Virus record (IMG/VR): IMGVR_UViG_3300042874_000443
Location: 32,001-96,000 of that record
Length of the DNA: 64,000 nucleotides
Source: a virus
Strand: one strand, 5' to 3'
How positions within the stretch are numbered: the stretch's first letter is position 1; each line of letters starts with the position of its first letter. The notes beneath the pieces were generated by a model that made no database searches, was not told the DNA's origin, and saw only the letters and a program-made list of their open reading frames with translations. Shown here in pieces: positions 63,278 through 64,000 of this stretch. Position numbers and translations under genes: made by a program.

Positions 63278-64000
63278 ATGAGCACTGCTGACACCAAGAC
63301 CGTCGTCGAAGATACCTTCGCGTCGAAGCTCGGCATCGAGATGGTCACGCCCCGCGTCTTCGAAGAGCTGATCGAGCTGAACGCGGGCACGCGCAACGTG
63401 GTGTGTGCAATCGGTCCGTCCGGCATCGGTAAGACTGCGATTCCGACACAGGTTGCGAAGCGACGCAACAACGGAAAGGGCGTGCCCTACGTGCCGCTGC
63501 ACATGCCGACCGCGACACAGGAGGGGTTCTTCATCCCGACCACGGCGAGCGACACGAAGCTGTACTTCGATCAACGCGTGCCCCGCCTGTTCCAGCCGCT
63601 CATCGAGTGGGCCGAGCAGATGGAGAAGAAGTACAAGGGCAAGGTCCCCAAGGACATGTGTCCGATCCTCTCCATCGAGGAGCTGAATCGTGCCGTCGAC
63701 AAGTCGGTCACGCGTGCCGCGTTCGTGCTCATCGGCGACCGCATGATCGGTGACATCAAGCTGCACGACTGCATCCAGATCGTCGTGACGATGAATCCGT
63801 CCGGTGGTGGGATGAACGTCAACGAGTTCGAGCGTGACCCGGCGATGCGTCGTCGGCTTCTGCCCGTCGGCGTGGCGTACAACTACGGCGACTTCATGAA
63901 GCACGCCACCACGGCTGGTTTCCACGAGAACGTCGTCGGACATCTCGGCGCGCAACCGAGCCACGGCTACGACGACCAAGCCGCGCTCGCGGGCAAGGCG
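63278..64000 (+). CDS. MoxR-like AAA+ ATPase (runs off window end)
   Basis: AGGAG RBS; GPSGIGKT Walker A, ILSIEELNR Walker B, VTMNP, DPAMRRR arginine finger. Confidence 0.85.
   Translation, partial: MSTADTKTVVEDTFASKLGIEMVTPRVFEELIELNAGTRNVVCAIGPSGIGKTAIPTQVAKRRNNGKGVPYVPLHMPTATQEGFFIPTTASDTKLYFDQRVPRLFQPLIEWAEQMEKKYKGKVPKDMCPILSIEELNRAVDKSVTRAAFVLIGDRMIGDIKLHDCIQIVVTMNPSGGGMNVNEFERDPAMRRRLLPVGVAYNYGDFMKHATTAGFHENVVGHLGAQPSHGYDDQAALAGKA

Larger units (their letters stand above)
1..64000. mobile_element. Segment of a large myovirus-like bacteriophage genome encoding its own multisubunit-type RNA polymerase
   Basis: Terminase, portal, protease, capsid, sheath, tube, spike, lysis and replication genes; dense operons with ATGA/GTGA overlaps; no host housekeeping genes. 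Confidence 0.95.

Overview
The whole window is part of a large, GC-rich (roughly 65% by eye), probably lytic tailed phage with a contractile tail. No host housekeeping genes, rRNA, tRNA, CRISPR array or integrase were seen. A ~43 kb minus-strand virion module (45184 to 1969) runs portal, two-chain multisubunit-type RNA polymerase (beta fused to N-terminal beta', plus a separate C-terminal beta'), many small head/core proteins, prohead protease, major capsid, neck, sheath, tube, spike and lysis genes. It faces a plus-strand replication module (45237-61636): SNF2 helicase, two PD-(D/E)XK nucleases, putative SSB, primase-NTPase fusion, UDG-PolA fusion and a DEDDh exonuclease. Also present are a sigma70-family factor, a large terminase, a truncated MoxR-like AAA ATPase and three homing endonucleases. 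The most striking unexplained signal is that at least 12 otherwise unrelated virion-module proteins share a ~20-aa helical leader, [AS]-[YFH]-x-x-G-x-x-x-A-[LF]-x-x-[FY]-(G-x-)K-x-[AG]. K-x-[AG] also recurs at module boundaries inside many head proteins, including the protease. I infer a capsid-targeting plus polyprotein-processing system that loads glycine-zipper membrane peptides, disordered proteins, a kinase and probably the RNA polymerase into the head. A -10-only promoter motif (CC-TA[TC][AC]AT, often leaderless) precedes many virion genes. All functional calls come from motif recognition by eye, not database searches.
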